Assembly (NCBI GenBank): GCA_964106915.2
Contig: OZ066920.1
Source: Podarcis gaigeae
Taxonomy: Eukaryota
Direction: 5' to 3' (one strand)
Length of the DNA: 64,000 nt
Every line of letters starts with the position of its first letter. Positions within the stretch are counted from its first letter, which is position 1. The translations under genes and the position numbers were made by a program. A model generated the notes under the pieces. That model saw only the letters and a program-made list of their open reading frames with translations. It did not search any database and was not told the DNA's origin. Positions 62,631 through 64,000 of this stretch are shown here, piece after piece.

Positions 62631-63225
62631 TTCTTCTTCTTTGGTGATCACTTGTAGCCGAGTAAGATTGTCTTCCATAAACATGGTTTTAACAATGAGT
62701 TAAGTGACTGTGGAGGCCAATTCTGGATCCACACGTCCTTCCACAGTGGGGACATTGGATTCCGGGCGGGAGTTGATCACGGTGTGGATTTGTCAAGCGT
62801 GCCTTCCTCCTAGCCCATTTCTCCCTTGTGTCCTGAGTTCGAGTGTCTTCAAAGCCCATGACACCTTTGGTAAAGGCTGTACTCCAACTGGAGCACTCGC
62901 AGGCCAGTGTTTCCCAGTTGTCAGTGTATATACTACATTTTTAAAAGATTTGCCTTGAGACACTCTTTAAACCTCTTTTGTTGACCACCAGCATTACGCT
63001 TTCCATTTTTAAGTTCAGAATAGAGTAGTTACTTTGGAAGACAATCATCAGGCATCCGCACAATATGACCAGTCCAACAAAGTTGATGTTGAAGAATTAT
63101 TGCTTCAACACTGGCGATCTTTGCTTCTTCCAGTACACTGATATTAGTTCGCCTATCTTCCCAAGTCATGTGTAAAAAATTTTGGAGACACCGTTGATGG
63201 AATTTTTCGAGGCGTTGGAGATGGC
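62631..63225 (-). mobile_element. RTE-clade LINE 3' fragment with (GAA)n tail
   Basis: ORF 63029..63259 encodes LEKFHQRCL...WEDRRTN.SVL...QLCWTGHIVRM, a typical RTE ORF C-terminus; interrupted by a stop codon. Confidence 0.85.
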
Positions 63226-64000
63226 ACACACAGACACACACACAAAGTGCTCCCACCACATGTTGAAGTTTTTCATTGAAATGAAAAAAAAATTCATTGA
63301 ATTTTATTTCATTTCATTATTTCATTGAAAATGATGGTATTTTCTGTAAAGAAGTGCTTCCTCAAAACATTTCAAAACATTTTCACCTTACAGTCACATT
63401 TCCCTGTATAAATTGGGCACACTTGCTCAAACTCGCATGCAATTTAATACAAAGAGGTCCATTCCAATTCTCAATCAATGGCAAAAATGCAACTCTGAAT
63501 ATAGAAGTATTAATAATTACACAAGTCTTACTTCTGTGATAGTTAAAGTACAACTATCTGAAAATAGAAGCCTACAAAATTGATTAGTTGTTTTTTTTTT
63601 AAACAGTTCCCTTGAAAGGCACTCCAAAGTTTAATTACCCATATTTCTAGGAGGGCTGTCTCTGGCACTGAGCTACTCATTTATAAGGCAAATTCAATAT
63701 TATATTCATCCAGTTTTAGCTTCCAAGTAAATGCATCATGCAATGCCTCTATATTTCTGCAAGATGGATGAACTCACAATTTCCAGATATATTCACAATG
63801 TGTGATTATTACAGCTGGTAAACAATAATGTTAATAATTATTATGATTATTATTATTTTGTATCACACAAACATGATCCTAGAAATCGTTATACCCTTCA
63901 AAGCACTTCCAATCAATGGGTTTCTTTTCATTTCATTTTTGCCTTTTCCACCCCAAGGAACTTAGGGGTAAAATAATAAAGCCATACAGTTGTGAAACAG

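Overview
This is vertebrate (squamate) genomic DNA, most likely a lacertid lizard judging from its Sauria/Squam1, Squam2 and Squam3 SINE types. It contains the 5' coding half of alpha-dystrobrevin (DTNA) on the minus strand. Eight coding exons (36368 to 4338) all have AG/GT boundaries and consistent phases. They give 1001 nt of CDS, from the initiator Met through the EF-hand-like and ZZ zinc-finger domains; the gene continues beyond the left edge. A candidate non-coding first exon/promoter lies at about 56.7-56.9 kb (perfect splice donor, TATA-like box, perfect RFX X-box palindrome). The rest is intron, rich in SINEs, CR1/L2/RTE/BovB LINE fragments, Tc1/pogo-type and hAT-type MITEs and microsatellites. 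The most unusual structures are two young Penelope-like fold-back insertions at 58.5 and 60.5 kb. Each has a TSD and a perfect 74 or 83 bp inverted repeat, and together they carry three intact minimal type I hammerhead ribozyme motifs, two of them on the DTNA sense strand. Almost all ORFs in the supplied track are spurious; only those overlapping DTNA exons or LINE remnants are meaningful.
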